This document shows, piece after piece, positions 10,069 through 19,479 of a stretch of DNA of 53,272 bases. A program made the position numbers and the translations under genes. Origin of the DNA: a virus (taxonomy: Duplodnaviria; Caudoviricetes); the IMG/VR virus record IMGVR_UViG_3300048837_000676, positions 1 through 53,272 of that record; one strand, 5' to 3'. Under the pieces are notes generated by a model. That model saw only the letters and a program-made list of their open reading frames with translations, did not search any database and was not told where the DNA came from. Each line of letters starts with the position of its first letter. Within the stretch, counting starts at the first letter, position 1.

Positions 10069-12526
10069 TGCGCACCTCCGCCATGCTGGAAGCCGCCGCG
10101 ATTTCGTAGACGGTCGCCGTAGATTCCACTTCGAGGCTCCAACGCAGACAGCGCCCGTGGACCGGGATTTTCCGCGCCTGCCCGTCGGTCGGCACATAGG
10201 TGCCCCGTAGCAGTCCGTCGCCGTATAGCCGCAAACGAACGGCCCCGCCGTAGGCGGATGCGCGGACCTGCGCAACCACCCACCGGGCCGGGCGGGGCAG
10301 CACAAACTCCCGGCTGCGCCAGACCAGCGAACGGGCCGTTCCGTTGTCGGGACTCCAGATAACAAGGTCGCCCGCCGCGTCGATGGCATACAGGCTGTCT
10401 GTCTCGTCGTCCCGGTACAGCGCCGTGATTCCCGTGTCGTCCGCCGTCGTGGCCGTGTTCGCGCCCTCGCCGAAGTCGAGCAAAAGCGCCCCTTCCGAGT
10501 GAAAGCCGACATACGCGCCGTCCTGGCCAGCCGCAAGCAGGCTGGCGGGCGTGATGCCATTCCAAGTAGGCGCGTCGAAAAGCCCTTTCGTCGCCACGCT
10601 GGCCCCTCCGCCCAGAAAGGCACTGAGACCGTCAGGGCCGGGGGAGAGGACTAGACTCCTCACCTGCGCGACGCCGCGCTTTGCAAGTGCCCTTTCGTCG
10701 TGCATGATCTGTGTCTGAGTCATGTACTGCGGCTCGGACCCGGACAGCAGCCACGGGGTCTTCTCCGTCAGGACGAAAAGCTCGTTGCCGCTTGCCTTGA
10801 TCGCAACAATCTCATCATGGAACGCGAAGCGGTAGCCTTCCGGCCATGCCTCCGGGCGATAGGCAAGGGAAATCCATACCTCGCGCCCCTTGAACGCGGC
10901 GAAGTAGCCGCCGGGCAGACGGCATAGCCCCGCCAGAGCATCGTCAGGCGGCAGCACGTCGGGTTCCAACACTTCACCGAGAAGCTCGTATGACTTTTCC
11001 GCCAGGGCGTATTCCCAGGTCAGCACACCGTTGTCGGCAGCGGCGGACCCCTTCACGGATGCGTTGATCGTAGCCGATTGCGACGGATCGTCAACCGGCA
11101 CGTCGGCGACAAAACGCCAGTCGCCCGCGCCGTCCGTCTGGTATACCCGCTTGGTGACGATTCCTCGGTCTGCCCCGCCGGTCGGGAGTTGCACCGGCAT
11201 CCACACTTTGCCGACTTCGCCGTCCTCCACGACCAGTTCGCCGCTTGCTTCGCCGACCGGTCCCTCTTCTCCCCATTCGGTCACATAGGCGTAGCAGTAG
11301 CGAGGAAACGCCTTGTCGTTATTGGAGAAGCTCCCTTCCAGGGTGATCGTCGCGTTGAACTTGATCGTGATGGCATATCCGCCTTCCGGGCTGAGCGGGT
11401 CGAGAAGCTGGGCCTTTTGCCATACGGTGTTCACCGTCATGGTGGGGGAGACGCGGACACCGCTATCTTTTTTGGCAATCTCCGTGTCCGCGTCGTCGTG
11501 ATCGGTACCATTCGCCAAGTCCTCCTCCCACATCGGATAGTTGATGGAGTTGAACACCTTGTTGTAGGCGAACGACTGCACCCGGTTGCAGTAGACCCAT
11601 TTCGGCCCCCCATCGCAGTCCGTGCAATGCACCTTGACCACGAACCGGTATTCCTGCCCGGAAACGAGGCTCGACGAACTAAATGTGGCACTTGCTGTGA
11701 TTTTTCGTCCGTCCCGTTCCCATGCCGAAAAGCTGGTTCCGGCCGCCGAGGGGGCAGCGCCCGCCGTTTCGACGTACCATTTAATGTCGTCGAACGCAAG
11801 CTGCGGCGCAGCCTCGACAAGCGGTGCTCTGTCGGGCTTGGGAATGGCGAGGTCAAAGGTCTTTGTCGTCCCGGCGTCGTACCCGCGCACCTTTGGTTTC
11901 CCGTCCCCGGTCCAGTAGATGCGGCTGTACTGGTCGGAAGCTACGGAGCTGCGGACCACATCGACATCATTCGCCCAGGTCAGCCAGCTTTCCTTGGCGG
12001 CGTTGTCCAGCGTGGCCGCAGCAACCAGCCCGTTCAGCCAGGATGCCCCGCTGATGTCCGCGCCGGAGTCCGGGGCGGAAAGCGCCGTCACTTCGCCATT
12101 GCACCAGAAAATGAACTTGTTCGTCGCCCATTCCACCCGCTCGATACCCTCTGTCTCCTCCCGCAGCTTCGTCTGGATCGCGACGGCGATTCCTGCCATG
12201 TCCGTTGCGGCGGAGAAGGTGGGAGCGATGCTGTATTCGGTCCCGTCGATGGAAATCTTGAAGCCGGGATTCGTCAGCGCCTTCCACGCCGAAACCGTCG
12301 TGCTGCCCGCCGTCCCGCACGTCAGTTTATGCTCGTCGTACTCCCAGCGGTACAGCCCCTTATGGCCAACCGCGCCAAGCTCGGACACTACGCTGTTCCG
12401 CCGCAGAGGAACCAGCTTGCCGGACGACAATCGGCAATTCCGCGCCGTCTGCGCCATATGGTCGGCAAGCGCTTCCGGGTCAACGGCCGGGGCGATTCCG
12501 CCGAATCTGTCCAGAGCGATGTGCAA
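10061..12526 (-). CDS. Tail tubular / nozzle (stabilisation) protein
   Basis: 821 aa; N-terminus F.GIAP..DP..L....AQ.A.NC.L.SG.L.P; YCYAYVTEWGEEG; FKGREVWISL.Y.P.AWP..Y; C-terminal WRSREF. These match podophage tail tubular protein B-like families. Confidence 0.7.
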   Translation of the reverse strand: MHIALDRFGGIAPAVDPEALADHMAQTARNCRLSSGKLVPLRRNSVVSELGAVGHKGLYRWEYDEHKLTCGTAGSTTVSAWKALTNPGFKISIDGTEYSIAPTFSAATDMAGIAVAIQTKLREETEGIERVEWATNKFIFWCNGEVTALSAPDSGADISGASWLNGLVAAATLDNAAKESWLTWANDVDVVRSSVASDQYSRIYWTGDGKPKVRGYDAGTTKTFDLAIPKPDRAPLVEAAPQLAFDDIKWYVETAGAAPSAAGTSFSAWERDGRKITASATFSSSSLVSGQEYRFVVKVHCTDCDGGPKWVYCNRVQSFAYNKVFNSINYPMWEEDLANGTDHDDADTEIAKKDSGVRVSPTMTVNTVWQKAQLLDPLSPEGGYAITIKFNATITLEGSFSNNDKAFPRYCYAYVTEWGEEGPVGEASGELVVEDGEVGKVWMPVQLPTGGADRGIVTKRVYQTDGAGDWRFVADVPVDDPSQSATINASVKGSAAADNGVLTWEYALAEKSYELLGEVLEPDVLPPDDALAGLCRLPGGYFAAFKGREVWISLAYRPEAWPEGYRFAFHDEIVAIKASGNELFVLTEKTPWLLSGSEPQYMTQTQIMHDERALAKRGVAQVRSLVLSPGPDGLSAFLGGGASVATKGLFDAPTWNGITPASLLAAGQDGAYVGFHSEGALLLDFGEGANTATTADDTGITALYRDDETDSLYAIDAAGDLVIWSPDNGTARSLVWRSREFVLPRPARWVVAQVRASAYGGAVRLRLYGDGLLRGTYVPTDGQARKIPVHGRCLRWSLEVESTATVYEIAAASSMAEVRNG

Positions 12527-12528
12527 GG

Positions 12529-12870
12529 CTAGGTCGCCTCCATGTAGCGTCGGAAATGCGATGCCGAAAGACCGGCGTTGTGCTCATCGTCCGCGTCAAG
12601 CTCGAAAACCCGATGCGCCAGATAGTGGGCAAGCGGCTCCAGGTAGGCATATCCGACCGGAAGATCGGCAGACGCGACGGTTGCCGAAATCAAGCGGGAG
12701 AAGGTGGCAACGGACCCGTCGTCGGCAAGGCGCAGCGCAGGACGGCGGGAAAGCACGTCCTCGATGCCGTCGTTCAGGAACCCGACCATGACGGCGACAG
12801 GGTTCCGCTTCGTGCTCTCGGTGTCCTGCACCATGCTCCAGGCGCGGTCAATGACTTCCTGTCCGGTCAT
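12529..12870 (-). CDS. Phage adaptor protein (DUF6682-like)
   Basis: VIDRA...VQD......R......FLNDG...V...RP and L..YLAHR.F..D.D motifs; located between the head and tail genes. Confidence 0.6.
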   Translation of the reverse strand: MTGQEVIDRAWSMVQDTESTKRNPVAVMVGFLNDGIEDVLSRRPALRLADDGSVATFSRLISATVASADLPVGYAYLEPLAHYLAHRVFELDADDEHNAGLSASHFRRYMEAT

Positions 12871-13115
12871 GGTTTGACGACCTCCCTGATTTTCTGCACG
12901 ACGCCCAGCCCGAACAGCCCGACGAGAAACGCGACGGCGAGAGTGATGAACGCTATGAGCCCAGCCTTCCTGCCGCTCTTCCAGGTGTTGGCAAGGTCTT
13001 TCAACTGCGCAACCATCTCATGGTCGAGGCCGAGGACGCAGTGGGACTCCCCGCTTGTCGCCGCTATCTTCGCGGCCAGCCGTTCGACGATTTGATCCAT
13101 TTCGCGTTCGGTCAC
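12867..13115 (-). CDS. Small single-TM membrane protein (holin-like)
   Basis: AGGAG RBS with GTG start; C-terminal hydrophobic helix AGLIAFITLAVAFLVGLFGLGVV followed by a basic tail. Confidence 0.45.
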   Translation of the reverse strand: MTEREMDQIVERLAAKIAATSGESHCVLGLDHEMVAQLKDLANTWKSGRKAGLIAFITLAVAFLVGLFGLGVVQKIREVVKP

Positions 13116-13125
13116 GTCTCTTCTC

Positions 13126-13716
13126 CTACAAGTAGAAGGACGAATGCTGAACCCGGACATCTCCGGACCTTCGCCCCGTCAGCAGTTCGACTTTCGCCTC
13201 GAACACCCCTTGCCGGTAGCGTTCGAGAGCAAGAACCGCCCCGCTCGGGTCGTACCAAGGCACCGGATCGCGGCTGCTTTCCGGATTGAGCTTGAGCCCA
13301 GCCACCGCACGGCTGGAAATCGATTCCCCGAACCGAACCAGAAGCCAGTCGGGCAAGTCGTCGCAGGATACGGAAGGAAGGTAGACGACGGTCGCCACCA
13401 AGGATGTGCCGCCGACCCATTCCGGATCGAAGACAAGAACACCGTCAGTCTGGAACGACCAGCGGGATTCAGGAACAGTCGCCCCGTCGATCTCGACCGA
13501 AACAACGTGCCGAATTGTGGCGTTGCCATACTCCGGAACCAGTGCGTATTCTGTCTGTCCTGCCACCATCGCCACCGCGTCAATCGCCTCGCGCCAGCAG
13601 CCCGTGTCAAGGCAGAACTCTCGGGCCGCAAGCCGGAGAGCCTGCAACACCGCGTTGTCTGGACAGCGCGGAAGCTGCACCAGAGGAAGAAGTGTTTCGA
13701 TGGTGGCGGTGCCCAT
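13126..13716 (-). CDS. Head-tail adaptor (tail tubular protein A-like)
   Basis: PRCPD..V.QALR.AAREFC..T..WR motif typical of podophage adaptors. Confidence 0.65.
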   Translation of the reverse strand: MGTATIETLLPLVQLPRCPDNAVLQALRLAAREFCLDTGCWREAIDAVAMVAGQTEYALVPEYGNATIRHVVSVEIDGATVPESRWSFQTDGVLVFDPEWVGGTSLVATVVYLPSVSCDDLPDWLLVRFGESISSRAVAGLKLNPESSRDPVPWYDPSGAVLALERYRQGVFEAKVELLTGRRSGDVRVQHSSFYL

Positions 13717-13720
13717 GACG

Positions 13721-14260
13721 CTATTCCTCGGGCTGGCCCTGCACCGTCAGGCAGAGTTCCACCAGTTCGGGCTTGCCCATCCTGCCGGGGATTTTCGCGG
13801 CGCGGTCGAAGGCGCGAATCTGATTCCCGATCTCGGTCCTCGTCATCCCTTCAAGCTGCTCGCGGTTCATCCGCTTCGGTTCCGGCTGGAACGCGATGGG
13901 CTCTTCCATTTCGGGAGGAACGACGGTCAGGTCGGCCACGGCATCCGGCATGGGGGGAATGGGGTATTCCTGCGGGCCTCCCGGTTCGGGCATGGCATGC
14001 GCCACGGGAGCCACCACACCTCCCGCGACGGCGAGCATCTGGCGCAGTTTGGCGTTCTCCTCGATCAGACTGCGCTCCCGCTGCGACAGAGTAGACACGT
14101 CGAGGTCGCGGACCACGGCACGGTCGAGCTGGATTTCCCGCCGCCCGTCGTCATGCACCGTCAGCCAACCCGGGTGCATCTCCGGCATGGCGTCGAGAAC
14201 CGGCGTCCAGGTGAAAATCGATCCGTCCTTGCGCTGCACGATTCGCACTTTGTTCGGCAT
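13721..14260 (-). CDS. Hypothetical protein downstream of the capsid genes
   Basis: Clean ORF in the operon with RBS; short HeH/Rho-N-like C-terminal helical motif (LEGMTRTEI...KPELVE). Confidence 0.55.
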   Translation of the reverse strand: MPNKVRIVQRKDGSIFTWTPVLDAMPEMHPGWLTVHDDGRREIQLDRAVVRDLDVSTLSQRERSLIEENAKLRQMLAVAGGVVAPVAHAMPEPGGPQEYPIPPMPDAVADLTVVPPEMEEPIAFQPEPKRMNREQLEGMTRTEIGNQIRAFDRAAKIPGRMGKPELVELCLTVQGQPEE

Positions 14261-14281
14261 CTTCTTGGTTCCTTCTGTTGA

Positions 14282-14313
14282 GGCGGGCCGGGTTCAGGTG
14301 TCCCCGGCCCGCC
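14282..14313 (-). terminator. GC-rich stem-loop after the decoration gene
   Basis: GGCGGGCCGGG-N10-CCCGGCCCGCC, a perfect 11-bp stem. There is no clear U-tract, so it may instead stabilise mRNA. Confidence 0.4.
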
Positions 14314-14341
14314 GATGTTGTTGCCGTCTGCGGCGATGCCG

Positions 14342-14800
14342 TTAGCGGCAGTCCACGCACTCGATGATGAAGTCGATCACGGCGGCGTCGGCGGCGTTGT
14401 TGAACAGCGCCCCGATGTAGGCCGTGGCGGCGGCGTAGAACTTGCCCTCCGCGTAGGCGATGGTGGTCGTGTTTTCGGCGAGCTGGGCGCGGGTGAAGAC
14501 GACGGCCTGGGCATTGCCGTTCAGACCGTCGTGGTAGCCGTCTTTGTCCACCTCGGCGTCGTTGGCGATGGCGTGGTCGCCCACGTCAAGGGTGAGGGTG
14601 CCGCCCTCGGCGGTGCGGACGTTGACGATCACCTGTTTGACGAACGTGTTAGCCGGGACGTTCATCAGCTTCACAACGTCGGCCTGCGCCACGTTGTTCG
14701 CCGAGCAGTCCACGGTGCGTTTGACGACGAACGTCTTGCCACCGTCCTGGTGGTTGAGGGCATTGCCGTCGCCGATCATGGCAAATTCTTTCACGGACAT
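14342..14800 (-). CDS. Capsid decoration / cement protein
   Basis: Immediately follows the major capsid gene; strongly biased codon usage; beta-rich DVVKLMNVPANTFVKQV...TLDVGD motif. Confidence 0.6.
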   Translation of the reverse strand: MSVKEFAMIGDGNALNHQDGGKTFVVKRTVDCSANNVAQADVVKLMNVPANTFVKQVIVNVRTAEGGTLTLDVGDHAIANDAEVDKDGYHDGLNGNAQAVVFTRAQLAENTTTIAYAEGKFYAAATAYIGALFNNAADAAVIDFIIECVDCR

Positions 14801-14837
14801 CGGATGTACTCCTGTGTTCGGTGTGGTTTTCTTGGAC

Positions 14838-14864
14838 AGGCCGGGGGAACGACTCCCCCGGCCT
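14838..14864 (-). terminator. Stem-loop between the major capsid and decoration genes
   Basis: AGGCCGGGGGA-ACGAC-TCCCCCGGCCT, a perfect 11-bp inverted repeat. Confidence 0.4.
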
Positions 14865-14875
14865 TCCGTTCCGCG

Positions 14876-15799
14876 TCAGCCCTTGCGGATGTAGGGGGTT
14901 CCCAGAGCCCCGGGCTTCTGCACTTTGTCGCCGTAGACCTGGAGCGACCGCACGATCTCGCCGAAGTCGTCCGGGTTCTTGAGCGTCTCGGTCATCATCA
15001 TCTGGCTGGCGAACGCAATGGCCATCTTGTGGCCGAACATGGCGTTCGTGGCCGAATAGGCACCGTCGGCAACCACGGAGAGGTTGTTGGTGCGGAACAC
15101 CTCGAACCGGTCGATCATGCCCAGCCTGCCGTTGCGCAGCAGACTCTTGCCGTCGCCGGTCATGCTGGCGTCCTTGAGGTCCGATTTCTTGAGCAAGCCG
15201 CAGGCCCAGGACGGCAACGCCACCCAGCGTTCCTCGTCGGGCACGTTCTGCTCGTCGAGCACCACGCCCCAGTCGATGATGTTGTCGATGATGTTGTCCT
15301 TGGTCAGCGCCAGGGGGCTGCCGGACGCGCCGAGGTTGAAGTCACCGCTCACCTTGCCGGCCGTCGCGCCCTTGTTGTGGGCGTCCGCCTCGGCATAGAC
15401 CCGCCCGAGCACGTCGGTGTCGATGGCGACTTTCTGCTTCATGGAGGCGTGTTCAGCCCACTTTTGCACGTAGGGGATGTCGATCTGCTTCTTGTCCACG
15501 GCATTGATGCCGACGCCCCAATACTTGCCCTTGTCGATCACCAGATCGATGAAGCCGCCCTCGGGGGTCTGGTACTGGAGCTTCTGCCCCTTCACGTAGT
15601 CGCGGGACACGATCTCGGGAAGGGTCCGAATGCGGAGCGTGTCGCCGAACTTCTGGAGTTCGTCTTCATGCTCGGTCGTCGCGATGGCCCCGAAGATCGT
15701 GGCCGCGTAGAATTCCACCAGAAGCAAGGTGGCGAAGAGAAGAGGGATGTAGGTGCCCGAGTGATTCGGGTGTCCGGTTGCGGTAGGATAGCCAGGCAT
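14876..15799 (-). CDS. Major capsid protein
   Basis: 307 aa, follows the scaffold gene; YIP.LF...L...FY, GDTLRI, L.IDK.KY, LDEQNVP...RW, NGRLG.IDRF.V..TNNL and FG..VRSLQVYG motifs of P22/N4-type coat proteins. Confidence 0.85.
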   Translation of the reverse strand: MPGYPTATGHPNHSGTYIPLLFATLLLVEFYAATIFGAIATTEHEDELQKFGDTLRIRTLPEIVSRDYVKGQKLQYQTPEGGFIDLVIDKGKYWGVGINAVDKKQIDIPYVQKWAEHASMKQKVAIDTDVLGRVYAEADAHNKGATAGKVSGDFNLGASGSPLALTKDNIIDNIIDWGVVLDEQNVPDEERWVALPSWACGLLKKSDLKDASMTGDGKSLLRNGRLGMIDRFEVFRTNNLSVVADGAYSATNAMFGHKMAIAFASQMMMTETLKNPDDFGEIVRSLQVYGDKVQKPGALGTPYIRKG

Positions 15800-15839
15800 T
15801 TGCCGACTCCTTCAATTTGGAGGACGCCCCGGGGAGGCG

Positions 15840-16865
15840 CTACACGAAGGAGGGGGCACCCGCCCCCGCCCCGTCGTTGGGCTTCGCGACGCGCCCCTGC
15901 TGATAGGCGTCCATGAGTTCTTGTTTCCGTTTCACGGCTTCCGTCGGGCTCATGCCGCCCGAAGTAAGCCCCTGCATCTTTTTGGTCCAGTCCTCGAAGC
16001 TCATCGTGGCACCGGCGGCAGGCGCGTCGTGGACGCTGCGACCCGACGGCATCACCTGGCTTTCGACGGAAGGAGCCTTCTTTTTCCCGTCCGGGAATTC
16101 CCCGAGGAAGCGCTGGAACAGCCGCGCCACCCTGGCCGAATCGAATGTGCGGTAGGCGTCCTGGAGAAGCGACTCGAATGTCGTCCCTGTCAACGGCTCG
16201 ACTCCGCCGAGGAACTCGTCGAATTCCTTGCTGGAGTTGATCTGCTCCCATTCGGGAACCAGAGCGGACAACTCGGTGTAGAAAGCCCTGCGGGACTGGT
16301 CTTCCAGTCTGCCCTCGACTTGCTCGATTCTGTCCTGCGCGGGACTCCTGGACCCTTGCAGCGCCCGTTGCAGAGCGATCTGCTGCTTCCAGTAGTCCAC
16401 GCCGAATTCTTCGATCAGGTCGGGCTTGACCAGGCGCTTCACCTCGTCGTCGCCGACGATGTTGGCGTCCTGATCCATGCCGGGTTGCCGGGGCTGAATC
16501 TGCGTCGCGCCGTCCGGATGCCTGACGCGCAGAGCGTCAAGCTCCGCCGTTGCCCGTCGCAGTGAGTCGCGGAGCAGCCCGACTTCGGCGCGAAGCCGCC
16601 CCGTCTCGCTGACGTACTTGCCGTTGATGACATCGAACTTGTGCTTCCAGTCCTCGCTGCGGGGAGCCTGATCGGGATTCCCCTGCTGCCGCGCCTTTTC
16701 CTCCGGCTGCGGCTGCGGTCCTGCCTGTCTGTTCGCGGGCGGCTGGTCGTGGTTGCCGGGTTCGGCATGGTTCTGCGGCTGGGCCTTGTCCGGCTCCTGC
16801 GCATGTTCCTGCTGAGCGGCGTTCACCTTGTCCAACTGCGCCTGCAATGCGGTAGGGAGACTCAT
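15840..16865 (-). CDS. Capsid scaffolding protein
   Basis: Q/P-rich N-terminus, W.HKF..INGKY..E..RL, VPEWEQIN....F..FL, and C-terminal AYQQGRV; lies directly upstream of the capsid gene. Confidence 0.75.
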   Translation of the reverse strand: MSLPTALQAQLDKVNAAQQEHAQEPDKAQPQNHAEPGNHDQPPANRQAGPQPQPEEKARQQGNPDQAPRSEDWKHKFDVINGKYVSETGRLRAEVGLLRDSLRRATAELDALRVRHPDGATQIQPRQPGMDQDANIVGDDEVKRLVKPDLIEEFGVDYWKQQIALQRALQGSRSPAQDRIEQVEGRLEDQSRRAFYTELSALVPEWEQINSSKEFDEFLGGVEPLTGTTFESLLQDAYRTFDSARVARLFQRFLGEFPDGKKKAPSVESQVMPSGRSVHDAPAAGATMSFEDWTKKMQGLTSGGMSPTEAVKRKQELMDAYQQGRVAKPNDGAGAGAPSFV

Positions 16866-17194
16866 TGTCCTGCACCTCTGTTTGTGAGCCCTTTCGGGTG
16901 TTCACCTATGGCGGAAGTGCCGGAGCCGCCGGTTTGCGGTCTTCCGTCCGCCATGACACTCGTGTTCAATCCGCCCCGGACGATACCCGGAGCGGACTCA
17001 ATCATATCCACCAGCTCACGCAGCAGGGCCGCTTCGGCGCGTGCCTCCGCCATCATATGAGCGTCAGCCACGTTCAGCAGGTAGTGAATCGCATCGTCGG
17101 TAGCCAGCTTCAGCCACTCGACAAACACCCCGAAGTCATGCTCGCTGGACAGTCGGGCAATGGCGCGGACGGCTTCCATGTCGGGAGATGTCAT
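16862..17194 (-). CDS. Small protein between portal and scaffold (Bbp19-like position)
   Basis: GGAGG RBS, ATGA coupling, helical sequence, conserved gene position. Confidence 0.55.
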   Translation of the reverse strand: MTSPDMEAVRAIARLSSEHDFGVFVEWLKLATDDAIHYLLNVADAHMMAEARAEAALLRELVDMIESAPGIVRGGLNTSVMADGRPQTGGSGTSAIGEHPKGLTNRGAGQ

Positions 17195-17382
17195 TTCCAC
17201 CTCCCCGCAAGAATGCGGGCGGCGATGCCGACCCGACGCCAAAAAGGGAGCTTGCACACCGTTGCCTTGATCGCGGACTCGACCTGCGTCCCGACTCTGA
17301 GAGCTTCGCGGAAAACCCGGCTGCCCTCCTTAGCGGTCATTCTGCCCTGATCCCGCGCTATGCTTCGTTCCAGGCTACCCAT
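17191..17382 (-). CDS. Small hypothetical protein
   Basis: Overlaps the portal stop and the next gene start, suggesting translational coupling. Confidence 0.45.
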   Translation of the reverse strand: MGSLERSIARDQGRMTAKEGSRVFREALRVGTQVESAIKATVCKLPFWRRVGIAARILAGRWK

Positions 17383-19324
17383 TCTGCTCCCCTTCCGTTG
17401 ACGGATCGGACACGACGACTTGCTGTGCCAACTGCTCTTCGACTCTGCGGCGAAGCTCTTCCTCGCTCGGAATGATTTTCTCGACCGGGATGTCCAGTCC
17501 CTTCGCCACTTCGCGTAGCAGAGTGGCCCGGCCCTGCATGCCGATGATTTGCAGGTCGGTCGGATTGTTCGTCATGGCCAGGAACTCCTGGCGGCGAATC
17601 TGCACCTGCTCGCGCACCAGAATGGCAAGCGCCCCGCGAGGGACCACTTGCACGTCGCCCTTGAGCGAATCGTCTTCGATATGAACCATGTTCCAGGTAT
17701 ACAACCGCTCGATGGCCGGTCGGAGAACGTCCCGGTCCAGATTCTTGATGACCCGTTTGATTCCGCGAGCCGCCGCGTTCATCAGCATGGACAGACCGCT
17801 GGCCGTCTGCCCGGCACCGCCCAGGTTCTCGTTCCCGTAGACGTACCGAGGAATCAGGGTGCGGTCGTCCGACTTTTTCTCATAGTAGTCGGAAATGGCA
17901 ATCAGCTCCGCCGAATTGCTAGACGGCTGGAAGAAGCGGACCGGCTCGTTCTGCTGCGTCTTGGTGCCACGAAACAGCCAAACCTTCCACGGATACAACC
18001 GATTCACCGTCGGCACATGCTCAGGGGGAACCGCGTCCAGGTCCACGGCGACCTGCGGGCCGGAAGAGATGGCGAGATTGTTCAGCAGGTTCCGCTGCGC
18101 CCCGTTCACGCCCTCCTGGCAGTCCTCCATCTTCTCGGGAATGCTTTTCAGCCCCCACAGGGAGTTCTTGTTGCGGATGAACGACGACACGTAGTACGGG
18201 CGGCGTCCAAGCGGGTCTGGATTCAAAATCGCCTTCACGACTTGATTGCCGACCAGAATGCAGTTCACCTCGTGATACTGGTAGGGGTCGGAAATATCAT
18301 CCATACCCCATTCCGCCAGCATGGAGCCCGGCACATTTCCCCAAAACTCGATGACCCGGATCGTTGCATCCGGCATGCCGTTGTTGTGGATAGTCAGCCG
18401 ATTCTCAAGCGCCGCCTTCTCGGCTTCGCCCGACACCATCGGGTACATGGTCGCTGGCGCGTAGGCAAGAACCGCCTCGATGGCTTGCTTGTTCCATCCC
18501 GGAACGTCGCGCATCTCCGAGAGGTTGCGCCGGTCGAGGTCGATCACTTCGCACACGTAGGACTCGTTTACGTGCCGAGCATTCGGGCCAGGGTAGAACG
18601 AGAACGGATCAACGCAGCTCCATGTGGGGATGATTTCGTCCGTCACATCGACTTTCCCGTCTCGCCACGCCAACCGTTTCTTGCGCAGAAGAACCGGCCC
18701 CTTGAGTACCGCCGACGGATAGGTGCCGAGGTCGCTGATGAACTCGGTCAGAGCTTCGAATAGTCCGCCCTCCGCCGTCTGGTCCTCCATCTTGCGAACC
18801 ATGCGCTCGCATGTCTTCTTCGCCTCGTCGTACATCTGGCGCAGCGTTTCGTCGTAGAGGTCTTCTGCGAACGCCATCACCTCTTCGGGCGACACGTTGG
18901 GTTGCCCCTGGAACTGAGCGACAGTCGCCTCGACTACGGTTTCCGCGTTCCCTGAAGGCAGGGAAGGTATCGGGGTCGGCTGCGCGTCCCACGGACGGTC
19001 GCCAACCGGAGCGAAGACATCCTCAAGCCACGCCTCGAACGCTTCGCACTTGGTTTCCGTGATGTTGAAAAAAAGGGAGCTTCCACCCTTTGCCTGAATT
19101 GCGGCCAGCTTACCCTCGTCGTACTTCCCTGACTTTGCCCGCCGCGAACGCAGAAGCCGGTCCGTCACCCCTGTCGTCTGGCGGTGCATCTCGGCGTCCT
19201 GGAACGCCTTGGCCACGTATGCGGCAAGAGATGTGACAACTGGCGACTGCCGTTGCTGGTCAGCTTGGTCGAGCGCCTCGCGCTCTTCCGCCTCAAGCTG
19301 TGAATTGGGCTTGACCGTCAGCAT
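17375..19324 (-). CDS. Portal protein
   Basis: ~650 aa between terL and scaffold; FFNITETKC, GTYPSAVLKGP, VDPFSFYP, LNPDPLGRRPY and GAGQTASGLSMLMNAA..GIK.VI.N.D motifs. The start could be 19372. Confidence 0.85.
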   Translation of the reverse strand: MLTVKPNSQLEAEEREALDQADQQRQSPVVTSLAAYVAKAFQDAEMHRQTTGVTDRLLRSRRAKSGKYDEGKLAAIQAKGGSSLFFNITETKCEAFEAWLEDVFAPVGDRPWDAQPTPIPSLPSGNAETVVEATVAQFQGQPNVSPEEVMAFAEDLYDETLRQMYDEAKKTCERMVRKMEDQTAEGGLFEALTEFISDLGTYPSAVLKGPVLLRKKRLAWRDGKVDVTDEIIPTWSCVDPFSFYPGPNARHVNESYVCEVIDLDRRNLSEMRDVPGWNKQAIEAVLAYAPATMYPMVSGEAEKAALENRLTIHNNGMPDATIRVIEFWGNVPGSMLAEWGMDDISDPYQYHEVNCILVGNQVVKAILNPDPLGRRPYYVSSFIRNKNSLWGLKSIPEKMEDCQEGVNGAQRNLLNNLAISSGPQVAVDLDAVPPEHVPTVNRLYPWKVWLFRGTKTQQNEPVRFFQPSSNSAELIAISDYYEKKSDDRTLIPRYVYGNENLGGAGQTASGLSMLMNAAARGIKRVIKNLDRDVLRPAIERLYTWNMVHIEDDSLKGDVQVVPRGALAILVREQVQIRRQEFLAMTNNPTDLQIIGMQGRATLLREVAKGLDIPVEKIIPSEEELRRRVEEQLAQQVVVSDPSTEGEQNG

Positions 19325-19433
19325 GTCGTGTCCCGGAAAGAAAGAGGGCGTAGCTGGGAGTGGGCTGCCCAACTACGCCCGAACCAAGGAGACCCGCCCG
19401 CCACGCACCGCGCAATGCCTGCCGGACACCACT

Positions 19434-19462
19434 ACTTTACAGGGAACCCAAGAAGGTTACAA
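19434..19462 (-). promoter_or_regulatory. Sigma70-like promoter upstream of portal
   Basis: On the minus strand TTGTAA-17 bp-TAAAGT, in the AT-richer terL-portal gap. Confidence 0.5.
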
Positions 19463-19479
19463 GCGAACCCTCCAAGGTT

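Noticed and set aside
14282-14313. Fourth copy of the GACNGCCA hairpin
   Set aside because: The stem is similar but the loop (GACACCTGAA) differs, so I treated it as an ordinary stem-loop.
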